Below are positions 31,174 to 41,029 of a stretch of 64,000 nt of DNA, one piece after another. The first letter of the stretch is position 1; every line of letters starts with the position of its first letter. The translations under genes were made by a program, and so were the position numbers. The stretch is taken from assembly GCA_964535655.1 (NCBI GenBank), contig CAZHTP010000006.1, forward strand, positions 1,532-65,531, in the 5' to 3' direction. The notes under the pieces were generated by a model, which saw nothing but the letters and a program-made list of their open reading frames with translations, did not search any database and was not told the origin of the DNA. The stretch comes from an uncultured Gammaproteobacteria bacterium (lineage in GTDB: Bacteria; Patescibacteriota; Microgenomatia; JALYQM01).

Positions 31174-31983
31174 TCAAAGGTTTGGAACATCATTAACAAG
31201 CAGAATCCCCAAGCTAACAAAATAAAGAGTCGAAACATAAAATACGTCAGGATAGTCCGCTATAAAATAAAGTCCTTGGTTAAACCGATAAAAAAAGAAA
31301 AAATCGGCAAGATAAACAGTAGTGAATCCACAAACTAAAAACACTACCGCATTTCCTATTCCAATTTTTCTATATGCGCCTAAAGATAATAGCAAGAAAA
31401 AACTAAGTGCTAAAATCAATGAATCCCCCAAATTATAATATAAATCCAAAGCAAAGGAAGTGGGGCTTGCTGCACTTTGCAAATTCAATGGACGAACCTG
31501 AACTATAACTAAAAATGCTGAAACGCCTACTGCAATTACAATAAACGGAATAATGGTATGCAAAAGCATAGTTGGGAAACTTACCGTATCCTCTACAGTT
31601 CGACCCAATCCAAGAAGTAACAGTATCCCCAAACACGCCAACAGTGGAAAAGCTCCATAAAAAATATCGGCTACACCAGGATAGGGAACTTCACTTATAT
31701 TCGAGAAATTATAATAAGAAAAAACTAAAGCCCCAATAGACTGAAACACAACTGCCAACGAAAAGGCTAATATACTGTAAGCGAATCGAGGTGACTTAGT
31801 TCTCCAACGAAAAAATTTACCTAAGCAAGCACCACCACTTAAGAATCCAAAAATAGCGATAGAAAGATTGAACCAATAATTTTCAGCACCACGGGATTGC
31901 CTAAGATATATAAAACACCACCAAGTAATTAATATTGCAAAAGATGAGTGAAATAGAATTCTAAGAATACGCGTGTAAGACAT
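31174..31983 (-). CDS. Integral membrane hypothetical protein
   Basis: Multi-TM hydrophobic profile. Confidence 0.4.
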   Translation of the reverse strand: MSYTRILRILFHSSFAILITWWCFIYLRQSRGAENYWFNLSIAIFGFLSGGACLGKFFRWRTKSPRFAYSILAFSLAVVFQSIGALVFSYYNFSNISEVPYPGVADIFYGAFPLLACLGILLLLGLGRTVEDTVSFPTMLLHTIIPFIVIAVGVSAFLVIVQVRPLNLQSAASPTSFALDLYYNLGDSLILALSFFLLLSLGAYRKIGIGNAVVFLVCGFTTVYLADFFFFYRFNQGLYFIADYPDVFYVSTLYFVSLGILLVNDVPNL

Positions 31984-32080
31984 AATGTAAGAATAGCCTA
32001 CCTAACAAAGATAATCAATTGACAACATAATTTATGTTTATCGTGAAACAACATTGGTGTACAGTGTTCATTAATCCCAA

Positions 32081-32980
32081 CTAGTTACCATTATATGCAT
32101 CAATTAATTTTTGAACATCCAACTTTTTCATCTGCATCATAGCGTCCAGAGCCCGTTTTGAACCTTCAGGATCTTTTCCGCCTACGGTTTCTTCCAAAGC
32201 CTTCGGAACAATCTGCCAGGAAATACCATAACGATCTTTTACCCAACCGCACTGCTCGGCCTCAGGAGTATGAGATAATTTTTCCCAAAAGTAGTCCACT
32301 TCTGCTTGATCAGCACAGGCGACATAAAAAGAAATTGCGCTCCCCACTTCAAATGTATGCCCCATACCACTCTCCATTAATGTAAACTGCTCACCACCTA
32401 AAGTAAACGCAGAATACATAACTCTTCCTACCTCATCGCCTTCGCCTTCTTCGTAGTGAGAAATCATCTCAACTGAAGAATTCTTAAAAACGCTTACATA
32501 GTAGTTGATCGCTTCTTCTGCTTTACCAACCTTATCACCAACTAACATGATTGAATTAGAAATTAGTTTCGGCTTTTTACCTACACTAATTTGCCATGAC
32601 ACTCCAAACTTATCACTAATCCACGCAAATTTTTCGCTAAAAGGATATGTATCCAGAGGCATCATTACAGTACCACCTTCTACAAGTTTTGCATAATATG
32701 ATTCAACAGCTGCAATAGTTTCGCAGTTAACAAAAAACCCTACTGAGGGGTTAAAAGTAAAGACATTAGGACCACCGTCCAAACACATAAAGCGTTGCCC
32801 AAAAAGTTCAAACACCCCATTAATTACTTTTCCTTCCATTCCTGCCAGTGGTCCTTCGGTATAACCCGTAGGGTAGCGCACAATATCTATAATCTTAGAA
32901 TCTTCAAAAACAGAAGTATAAAACTGCATTGCAGCTTCTGAATCTTTCTCAAACCAAAAAAATGGGGTAATTTTTTGCAT
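32081..32980 (-). CDS. Two-module VOC / PhnB-like family protein
   Basis: Two tandem glyoxalase-fold modules. Confidence 0.5.
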   Translation of the reverse strand: MQKITPFFWFEKDSEAAMQFYTSVFEDSKIIDIVRYPTGYTEGPLAGMEGKVINGVFELFGQRFMCLDGGPNVFTFNPSVGFFVNCETIAAVESYYAKLVEGGTVMMPLDTYPFSEKFAWISDKFGVSWQISVGKKPKLISNSIMLVGDKVGKAEEAINYYVSVFKNSSVEMISHYEEGEGDEVGRVMYSAFTLGGEQFTLMESGMGHTFEVGSAISFYVACADQAEVDYFWEKLSHTPEAEQCGWVKDRYGISWQIVPKALEETVGGKDPEGSKRALDAMMQMKKLDVQKLIDAYNGN

Positions 32981-33001
32981 TCTATCCTCCTTGCAATAAC
33001 C

Positions 33002-34237
33002 TTAAAAAGCAGACTCTTTTCTACCTGGACGTAGTACCTGAAACGATAACACAAAGCAGATCAACACCAAAACTGCACCCGTCAAAAATGTCATTGGAAT
33101 TGAGGTCGCAGTTGCAATGTATCCTCCCAATAACGGCCCAACAATCATACCAATACTTTGATAAGACGAATTAAGTCCCATAATTGTCCCCTGCGATCTC
33201 TCATCAGCTTCTTGAGACAAAATTGTAGGTAACAATGTTTGTACAATACTATTAACTACGCCAAGAATTAACGACGCAACAACAAATACAGGAAGCGTAG
33301 TCGAAAAGAACATTAATATAAAGGATAAAGCTACAGCCAAAATTCCGTAGGTAAAGGTATTTTTCATCCCAAACATCTTAGAAACCCGACCAACAATAAA
33401 ATTCTGCGAGATCAATCCAACAATACCAAAGGTCATAAAGAGATAAGAATTTTGAGCCTCAGTTATATGTAAAACATTCTTGGTAAACGGTTGAAATCCA
33501 TAAATAATGGCGCAAGAGAAAGCCAACATGAAGATCAAGGTAATTATAAACGTGGTACCTACATTTGGATCAAACAAAGTATGCCACATCTTTTTAAAGT
33601 CAAACAACTTGCCTTTTTGTACTTCACCCATATGCTTATTAGTTTCAGGCAAATAGAGGTAAGTCAATACTGCCGCAACAGCAGTGATTATCCCTGCAAT
33701 AACAAAAGGAACCCCTACCCCATAGCCAAGAGACAATACTATTCCCGCAATTGCCGGACCAAAAATAAATCCAAAGTTAAAAGCTGAACCAATTAAGCCG
33801 AAAGCTCCAGCTCGTTCCTCAGGCTTTGTAGAATCCGAAATCACCGCAAAAGCAACTGGAATATTTCCAGCAGTGATACCATCTAAAGCTCGAGCAAGGA
33901 ATAAAAAGATCGCACTTGGTGCAAACGCCGTCATAAAGAACGATAACGCAGTCCCAATAATTGAAACCAACAGTAATGGCCGCCGACCATATTTATCAGA
34001 CATGCGTCCAATTATCGGGGTAGATACAAATTGGCACACCGAATAAACAGCAAACAGCTCAGCATTCTGAAAGTCAGACAGACCAAATCTTTTTGAATAC
34101 GCATAAAGTATCGGAATAATAATCCCATACCCAAGCATGTTCACAAACGCAATAAGAGCGATAATAAGAAGGTTTCTATTACTTTTTATCATAGGTAAAA
34201 ATTCTATGCATGACTTCCAGTAATATTCACCATCCAC
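33002..34237 (-). CDS. MFS transporter (drug:H+ antiporter-like)
   Basis: 12 TM helices. Loop motif GRMSDKYGRRP. Confidence 0.8.
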   Translation of the reverse strand: MDGEYYWKSCIEFLPMIKSNRNLLIIALIAFVNMLGYGIIIPILYAYSKRFGLSDFQNAELFAVYSVCQFVSTPIIGRMSDKYGRRPLLLVSIIGTALSFFMTAFAPSAIFLFLARALDGITAGNIPVAFAVISDSTKPEERAGAFGLIGSAFNFGFIFGPAIAGIVLSLGYGVGVPFVIAGIITAVAAVLTYLYLPETNKHMGEVQKGKLFDFKKMWHTLFDPNVGTTFIITLIFMLAFSCAIIYGFQPFTKNVLHITEAQNSYLFMTFGIVGLISQNFIVGRVSKMFGMKNTFTYGILAVALSFILMFFSTTLPVFVVASLILGVVNSIVQTLLPTILSQEADERSQGTIMGLNSSYQSIGMIVGPLLGGYIATATSIPMTFLTGAVLVLICFVLSFQVLRPGRKESAF

Positions 34238-34611
34238 CCTATACCAAACTTATCTGTTAACATGCCAAACATATCTCCCCAAGGAGCCTTATCGAGTGCT
34301 ACTTCTACGTGAGCACCATCAGTTAAAGCTTCCCAATATCCTTTAAGCAAAGCTTCATCGTCCCCGCTCAAAGACATTCTAATATTTTGACCAGGATCAA
34401 AAGTCATTTCAGAAGGCACATCAGATGCCATAAACAATACGCCATTATCGCCTTCAAGAGTCGCATGCATTACACCATCTTTTTCCGAAGGGTCATGCGC
34501 CATCTCGCCAAATGTGCTAATATCCAACTTTCCACCAAAAATAGATTTATAAAATTCCATTGCCTCACGAGCATTGGACTTAAAACTTAAATACGGATTA
34601 AGGCGAACCAT
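34204..34611 (-). CDS. VOC family protein (PhnB-like)
   Basis: 135-aa glyoxalase-fold pattern. Confidence 0.5.
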   Translation of the reverse strand: MVRLNPYLSFKSNAREAMEFYKSIFGGKLDISTFGEMAHDPSEKDGVMHATLEGDNGVLFMASDVPSEMTFDPGQNIRMSLSGDDEALLKGYWEALTDGAHVEVALDKAPWGDMFGMLTDKFGIGWMVNITGSHA

Positions 34612-34770
34612 AGAAAACTCCTTTCAGAGGTAATGAGTGATATATATCACATTATACACTATTCGATCGTGGAAGGTATATTGAATCTAAGCTCAACTAT
34701 GATATAATAATAACTATAGGTTTATTAAATTTTTCTTGTATATCACTATTTAGAGTGGTACCGTAATACT

Positions 34771-35697
34771 ATGGATAATGAAGTAACCAGTTCAAACTTA
34801 GCAGAAGTTGGCATAGAAAATTTCCCTGGGGATACATTTACCACTACCCCTCCTCAGGAATATATTGTCCGCCCAGAGCATACCGATGGAATTCCCCGAT
34901 TAATGGACAGTCTTGGAGAAAATGCCCCCTTAACACCCGAGGAACGAAAAAGCCTAGTAAATTTTGAAGAAAGACTTATTCAGTACGAAAAAAAGGCTAT
35001 AGAAAATGGCAAACCGGTCGGCATAGATTACTTTGCCAACTACAAACCAGGCTTCAAAGAAAAATTTGTCGCAGCCGGCGGAGCGGCCGCGCTCGCTGTA
35101 TTAATCCCAATCGTACTAAAAATGCAGGAAGGTGTTACCTACATCGATCAAGAAACAGGAGAAGAAAAGCCAATCTCGTTATTCTACACTCCAGATGGGA
35201 AAAAAGGGAGTGAAGTTCTCAAATTTCAATCAATGGATCCTTCTAAACAACTTTCAGAAGAGCAAAAGCAAAGAGCATCATTGCTCGGTAAGTTACCCGA
35301 TGATCCACGCATCATTAAAGGCATGAAAGCATTAAGAAAAGCAAGTTTAGATGAAGCCCCGCAAGCATTAACTGTAGGCTGGGGTGGTGTGATGAATGTA
35401 ATTGGCCCACGAAGTTTACATCGCATGGCCGATCGGTTAAAAACGGAAAAAGTAAATGGTGTAGAAGTTCGCTACGATTTGCAATATCCGGAAATTTACC
35501 AAGTATTTGAAGAAGCCATGGAAGCAAATGTAACCAAGGGGATCGCTAGCGGATATACCGCTGTTGCACGGGGGCAAAGCACCTTTGCTCAGGCCGCAGC
35601 CGACGCAATACTAATGCGCCACGCATCTCAATATTCAGAAAACTTTATCCTCGGACAAACCTTAGTCACGGCGCTTTCTGGAAAAGGTGCTAAGTAA
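34771..35697 (+). CDS. Hypothetical protein
   Basis: 308-aa ORF. No recognized domain. Confidence 0.4.
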   Translation: MDNEVTSSNLAEVGIENFPGDTFTTTPPQEYIVRPEHTDGIPRLMDSLGENAPLTPEERKSLVNFEERLIQYEKKAIENGKPVGIDYFANYKPGFKEKFVAAGGAAALAVLIPIVLKMQEGVTYIDQETGEEKPISLFYTPDGKKGSEVLKFQSMDPSKQLSEEQKQRASLLGKLPDDPRIIKGMKALRKASLDEAPQALTVGWGGVMNVIGPRSLHRMADRLKTEKVNGVEVRYDLQYPEIYQVFEEAMEANVTKGIASGYTAVARGQSTFAQAAADAILMRHASQYSENFILGQTLVTALSGKGAK

Positions 35698-35772
35698 TCA
35701 CATCCACTGTACATATACACTACAATCGTAGTATAAAAACCACACTATAGTAATTATGTGTAAGGAGGATAT

Positions 35773-36174
35773 ATGACCGTATCAGATATTGAAGGTATAG
35801 GCGAAGTTCAAGCAAAAAAACTTGCCGAGGCAGGAATAAAATCAGTCGAAGCACTACTTGAACACGGTGCTAGCGCAAGCCAACGCAAAGCGCTTTCCGA
35901 ACAAACAGGAATCAGCGAAACAATGCTTCTTGAGTGGGTTAACCGCGCAGACCTTTATCGCATTAAAGGGATAGGCTCAGAGTTTTCCGATCTTCTTGAG
36001 GCAGCAGGAGTCGACTCAGTTCCAGAACTCGCTCAAAGAAATCCTGAAAATTTATACACCACACTAATAAAGACCAACGAAGAAAAACAATTAGTTCGCA
36101 CAATGCCCACAGTAAGTCAAGTTGAAGACTTCATTGCACAGGCAAAATTATTAGACAAAGTAGTCACTCACTAA
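35773..36174 (+). CDS. DUF4332 (tandem helix-hairpin-helix) protein
   Basis: Two HhH-like GIG motifs (IEGIGEV, IKGIGSE). RBS AAGGAGG. Confidence 0.55.
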   Translation: MTVSDIEGIGEVQAKKLAEAGIKSVEALLEHGASASQRKALSEQTGISETMLLEWVNRADLYRIKGIGSEFSDLLEAAGVDSVPELAQRNPENLYTTLIKTNEEKQLVRTMPTVSQVEDFIAQAKLLDKVVTH

Positions 36175-36753
36175 CTACTTGCCGTTTTTCGGGAGGCTTT
36201 CACAAGCCTCCCCGTCTTTATTACCATCAAGACGGTTTACATCATTACCTTTTCCACCGACCCTCAGATAAAATGATTGGGCTTCAGGCTGTGTTGAAAA
36301 GTCCGAACAGTTATAGTCGTCTGCTTTTTTGCCTTTGCTCAAGTCGGTAGTAATCTCCCCCGTTTTGTCATAGAGAATATTACCTAAAGTATCCCGACTC
36401 ACTTTAGACTCTTGAAATGATTTTGTTTTCATGAGCGTGCCTAAGTCATAGTCACTCTTACTTGCTTCCAAGCCAAATGCAGCACCCAAAGCAATTAAGG
36501 CAATAGCCAAAAAAACCCGCGCTTTTGTCCAAAAAACAAAAAGAATCGCAACAATAACAAACATCCCACCAATAACCCACAATCGAAATTTATGATTCGA
36601 GCGAAGCTGCTGAAACTTCGAAGGAGATTTCACCGAATTACCAGTCACTCCGCGAGCGGTCTTCTCAGATCCAGTCTCATCATCAGTTACATCCTGATCA
36701 ACATGTTCTTTATCCATATTTAAGATTTTACAAGAACAACCGGTGAATAACAA
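36175..36753 (-). CDS. Membrane-anchored protein with C-terminal Excalibur calcium-binding domain
   Basis: TM segment. DGNKDGEACE Excalibur motif. Confidence 0.55.
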   Translation of the reverse strand: MLFTGCSCKILNMDKEHVDQDVTDDETGSEKTARGVTGNSVKSPSKFQQLRSNHKFRLWVIGGMFVIVAILFVFWTKARVFLAIALIALGAAFGLEASKSDYDLGTLMKTKSFQESKVSRDTLGNILYDKTGEITTDLSKGKKADDYNCSDFSTQPEAQSFYLRVGGKGNDVNRLDGNKDGEACESLPKNGK

Positions 36754-36794
36754 TATGATTAATAGTACAAACGTGCTATACTATAGGATTATGA

Positions 36795-37904
36795 TTGAGG
36801 CAAATCCCTGTTTTAGACGAAAAAGTACTATCAAAATATCATTGGGATAGAGTCAAACTCTTAACCCAAGGCATAATTCCTTCGCCAAGCAACGTAGAGA
36901 TTGACCTTACAGATGAAGGGTGCAACCAGGCATGCATTCATTGTTGCTTCCAAAGCGGACGAAACAAAAAAGTCCGTAAGCTCAACTCCTCAGACTTGCT
37001 CACATTTATTAAAGAAGTATACGCAAACGGAACATCTGCGTTCGAACTCGTAGGTGGAGGAGAGCCAACCAATCACCCAGAAATTGGCCAAATAATCGAT
37101 GCCATTCACGCGCTAGATGTTAGAAAAACCCGTCCAGCAAAAATTGGCCTCGTAACCAACGGTCTTTTATTGCAAAGAATATTTAAAGAAGCCAGCGAAG
37201 GGAAAATCACCTGGGCAAGAATTAGCCTAGATTCAGCCGATCCCAACACCTACCATTTACTTCATGGAGTTCCTGCAACAAATCATTTCGCCCAAGTCCT
37301 AGCCAATATTACAGAAATAACTAAGCTAATGCCAGCAAACGATGTCGGAATTGGTTATCTTGTAGTTCCACCATATAACCATAGGTATGAGCAAATTATG
37401 GCCGGAGCGCAGCTTGCCAGTGAGTTGGGCGTCGGCCACATCGGCTTTCGACCTGCAGAGCTTGATGAGCAAATTATCTCTCAAGACATGTGGGCAGAAG
37501 CTGAAAAAGGTATTGCTGACGCTCGCTTAAAATACGGATCAATAGTAAAAGCAACGAAAGGTTCTTGGGATTTCATCACGAGTAAAAAGCAACGAGGCAG
37601 TAAATCATGTCTTACTCGCCCTCTCGTAATGGTGATTAAAGCCAATGGTGATCTTGCTTCCTGTTTTTTGTTCAGAAACGAAACAAGAAATAATGCAAAA
37701 CGCCCTATATTAGGCAACATTAAGCAAGGATATGAGGCAGTTTGGCTGGGGGAAGCACATCGCGCTAGCCTGCGCGCGGTCAACCGCGATGAATGCCCTT
37801 CTCCATGCAAACTCGATCGATCAAACTATACAGCAGAGCAGGTTCTTGCAGGGGTTCAGCCCTTCAGGGAAGTTTCTCAAATTCAACATACTGAATTTAT
37901 TTAA
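36795..37904 (+). CDS. Radical SAM enzyme with Cys-rich SPASM/twitch-like C-terminus
   Basis: CNQACIHC (CX3CX2C), GGGEP. C-terminal C...C...CPSPC cluster. Confidence 0.75.
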   Translation: MRQIPVLDEKVLSKYHWDRVKLLTQGIIPSPSNVEIDLTDEGCNQACIHCCFQSGRNKKVRKLNSSDLLTFIKEVYANGTSAFELVGGGEPTNHPEIGQIIDAIHALDVRKTRPAKIGLVTNGLLLQRIFKEASEGKITWARISLDSADPNTYHLLHGVPATNHFAQVLANITEITKLMPANDVGIGYLVVPPYNHRYEQIMAGAQLASELGVGHIGFRPAELDEQIISQDMWAEAEKGIADARLKYGSIVKATKGSWDFITSKKQRGSKSCLTRPLVMVIKANGDLASCFLFRNETRNNAKRPILGNIKQGYEAVWLGEAHRASLRAVNRDECPSPCKLDRSNYTAEQVLAGVQPFREVSQIQHTEFI

Positions 37905-37915
37905 TGCAAATTCGT

Positions 37916-38386
37916 TCAAATCTGTCCTGCTCCACCCACTTTTTCAGCTCTCTTAATAATTTCAGTAAGAACATCCAAATCAACATCCGAAACCCCTTTA
38001 AAGCGAATACAGCTTTTACCAATACTCACCTTAGGTAATCTACCTTTATATTTTTCGGCGATATATTCGCCATCTTCAATCGCACAAACATACACCGAAA
38101 TATAATTTTTTTGATTTGCAAGACAAATCAGCGACCAATCTCCTTCTTTGCCGCTTGCATAGCGGTAATGGTACGTACCATAACCAATCATCCCAGAAAG
38201 AATATGAGGTTCAAAGGAGGGTAATGCTTTTTTAATCAGCTCATGAATCGTTTCAAAATCCTGCCGACGCGACTCAGGAAGAGATTCGACATACTCATCG
38301 GGGGTTAAAGCCGTAGTAGACTTAAACATATTCATAGCCAAAGTATACCAGATTACAAAAACCACACTCAAACAGAAAATATACAT
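37916..38386 (-). CDS. DUF1801 (YdhG-like) domain protein
   Basis: DEYVESLPESRRQDFETIHELI pattern. Confidence 0.5.
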   Translation of the reverse strand: MYIFCLSVVFVIWYTLAMNMFKSTTALTPDEYVESLPESRRQDFETIHELIKKALPSFEPHILSGMIGYGTYHYRYASGKEGDWSLICLANQKNYISVYVCAIEDGEYIAEKYKGRLPKVSIGKSCIRFKGVSDVDLDVLTEIIKRAEKVGGAGQI

Positions 38387-38412
38387 GTAGCTCTCTCTTT
38401 GGTATACTAACT

Positions 38413-39204
38413 TTGGTTTATCGCAATAACAGCTTTAACATAACAATACTAATGTCAGAACAAACCGGAGAATCACCATCATCTCAAATAAAAGAGGATA
38501 TTAAAGCCGATCAATTTGATCGCACACTTATCGAAATGACCCATTTACCATGGGCTTATGGAGTTTGGCCAACACACATCGATACAGGTGCCTCTTGGGC
38601 AAGTCGCATGGATCAACTCATGGTAGAAACCATGAACCATCCAGATAAAGTTGAACATGCTCGCACGGCCTTAGTGCGAAATGGAGTGATCCATTACGAT
38701 CAGCAATCAACAATTGGAAAAATAACAGATCATGGGCAAGAGGTAGTAACAGTAATACCCGTAAGAACTCAATCTTATCCAACAATTATTAAAGGGCAAG
38801 TCAAAGTTTATACAAAAACTGACGCAGGGCTATTACAAATTCATACTCATGGAGACCAATTCGAACCTCCATCGCCTTCCGATTTTACTCGACTTCTTAT
38901 TGAAGGTTCCCATCCGGCAGCCACAGTAATGGAAGCAATAGTTACACAAAACCTGCGAATCCTCATGTTTCGCACCCTCGAATCACCAGAATTAGCACTT
39001 GAGCGAGCCTTAAATAATGTTGGAAAATGGGTCCAAACTCTCCGAACCAAATTAGCAACATATCAAGAGCACCACGACCCAGGCGAAGATTACAACCGCT
39101 ACAAGTATCGCGTCGGATCTCAAGCTCTGCGTGACATCGCCAAAGCCACAAAGGTGCGCCTTTACTCCTCAACTGGCGGATCACAATTTACACGGTTTGA
39201 ATAA
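38413..39204 (+). CDS. JAB/MPN (JAMM) metalloprotease-motif protein
   Basis: Exact JAMM signature HTHGDQFEPPSPSD (HxHx7Sx2D), with an upstream Glu. Confidence 0.5.
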   Translation: MVYRNNSFNITILMSEQTGESPSSQIKEDIKADQFDRTLIEMTHLPWAYGVWPTHIDTGASWASRMDQLMVETMNHPDKVEHARTALVRNGVIHYDQQSTIGKITDHGQEVVTVIPVRTQSYPTIIKGQVKVYTKTDAGLLQIHTHGDQFEPPSPSDFTRLLIEGSHPAATVMEAIVTQNLRILMFRTLESPELALERALNNVGKWVQTLRTKLATYQEHHDPGEDYNRYKYRVGSQALRDIAKATKVRLYSSTGGSQFTRFE

Positions 39205-39425
39205 ATACTGTGAAAAAATCTCCTATGTATAAATCTCTTCGCGTTTCGGCTTCAATTTGCCATCATCAGATAGAGAAAACTCTATAACGCGGGGTATGGA
39301 TCGGCTGGTGGCTTTGCGAGAAAAAACTCAAATAACTAAGACTGCTTAAAAAGCAGCCAAAGCACTTAAATCTCATCAAGCAAGGCAACCATTCGCGCCG
39401 ATCCATACATACCGCAGACAACCTC

Positions 39426-40112
39426 CTAGTCAATGAACTCAAACTTCCTAATTTTCTCCTTATCAGCATCAAGGGCGATCCCCTTGTGGGGTCGCTCATG
39501 ATTAATGGAACGGATAATGAGAACCGACCAAATACCAGCTACAATCGATATAACGGCTGTCACAAGATTGACTGGCAATGAATAGCTTGTAATACTTACC
39601 AACCAGCTACCAATTGCCGCAATCATGAGCAGACCGATAATCGATGTGAATGCATCCTTAGCAATGCCGCCGATATTTGTAGACGGGAAAGGAGTAGAAA
39701 TTCGTTCGGCACCCAAGGTCTGCAAGAAAAGTTCAATCCTGTAGCGAACCTCAGCCTGTTGCCCAATCTTCTTATTGATCGCGGACCACTCCTTTGCTCG
39801 ATTATGGAAGTAGACAAGCGCAAGGAACGCACCAAGCGTTACTGCAGGAACTGGTAACTGGATCGGGGACACTGATGTAGAGAGCGGCTGTGCAACAAGA
39901 AACACGCCAAGGGTGAGGATCTTCTCCCAGGATTCTTTAACGATATCCTGTCGATCACTCTTTCCAGACAGAATCTCATCAAACATTTGTTGATGCGATT
40001 GAATCAATAATTCAATCTGCGCCGCGTTTGGCTGTTGAAGAGTTTCCATTGTACACTCCTTTTGATTAAATAACGGGAGTTTCGGTGGTTGTGTCTGCGT
40101 CGTAAAGCTCAC
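39426..40112 (-). CDS. Membrane hypothetical protein
   Basis: C-terminal multi-TM region. Upstream operator-like repeats. Confidence 0.4.
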   Translation of the reverse strand: MSFTTQTQPPKLPLFNQKECTMETLQQPNAAQIELLIQSHQQMFDEILSGKSDRQDIVKESWEKILTLGVFLVAQPLSTSVSPIQLPVPAVTLGAFLALVYFHNRAKEWSAINKKIGQQAEVRYRIELFLQTLGAERISTPFPSTNIGGIAKDAFTSIIGLLMIAAIGSWLVSITSYSLPVNLVTAVISIVAGIWSVLIIRSINHERPHKGIALDADKEKIRKFEFID

Positions 40113-40127
40113 AACAACACGCTAAGG

Positions 40128-40340
40128 GATGAAGTGACATACTTCGTCACATTCACGCTCAACGCGTCATTTTAGCCTACTTGGCCAACACCCAAAATGA
40201 GCTCAATTCAATTCAGCCCATATTGGGTGCCGTCATGTAGGATTAGATTTAAGCTTTACACTTTAAATGTGCAACTAGCTCAAAATGAGCCAGGCTCAAA
40301 CTCAGTAAAGCTTATTTAAGCTCAAATATGAGTTCAAGCA
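40128..40340. promoter_or_regulatory. Cluster of palindromic GCTCA-N3/4-TGAGC-like motifs and GTGAC-N7-GTCAC
   Basis: gtgacatacttcgtcac, agctcaaaatgagcc, ggctcaaactcag, agctcaaatatgagttc. Confidence 0.3.
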
Positions 40341-41029
40341 CTTTGTATTTTAGCACAGAATATCACTTTTGTAAATACTATAGGATATTATCGTAATTGT
40401 TATGATTTACCCCTTGGATGGACTAAAACACATGGTTCAAAACCACTTTTTACAGGAGTACTAACCAAGTTTCCCTGAAGCACCAATTTCTTGATAGATA
40501 CCCTTCACCTTCTCCATCTCTTTTGAAAATACCCACACTCCCTCATACTCTTCCACTTTGCCCGATGCATAAAAGCTACTCAATCCTCCGCCATCAAGTT
40601 CACACAAACCACAAAAGCACTAACAAAACACATTCGATACCGAAAGATACATCAATTATTTGAAATTACCACAAAATGAACCATTTTCCCACCAAGAGCG
40701 AGTATCATCCGAGTATCTCGTAATCCCTACTCTACAAACAGCTGTTACATGAGAATTTTCTACAAATACACCGAGTACTTTATTGTTTTGATCATTATTT
40801 GCATATATCCCTATACCAGTTTTTGGCTCCTGAACTCGGCAAGATGACAAGGCAAGCCCAACAAAAACAATCGCAAAATTCTTCTTAAAGTGGGATTTCC
40901 TCCCAAAAGACTAGGGTGCGTAACTTCTGGAGAGATTTGTTCAGGTTGAGACATAACGTGATAATTATAATATAATCACAACACAAAGTCAAAGTATACC
41001 CAGAGGCACAATTGAGACTAAGGCGATAA

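Noticed and set aside
39280-39425. Nested inverted repeats (ggtatggatcggc ... gccgatccata, inner ctgctt-aaaa-agcag) as a possible third copy of the structured element family
   Set aside because: Architecture is similar in style but lacks the conserved cttctttgcc/ggcaaagtag core. More likely a bidirectional terminator between convergent genes.
40425-40460. tRNA-like T-loop sequence ggttcaaaacc
   Set aside because: No acceptor stem, anticodon arm or D-arm could be built around it. Probably a chance match.
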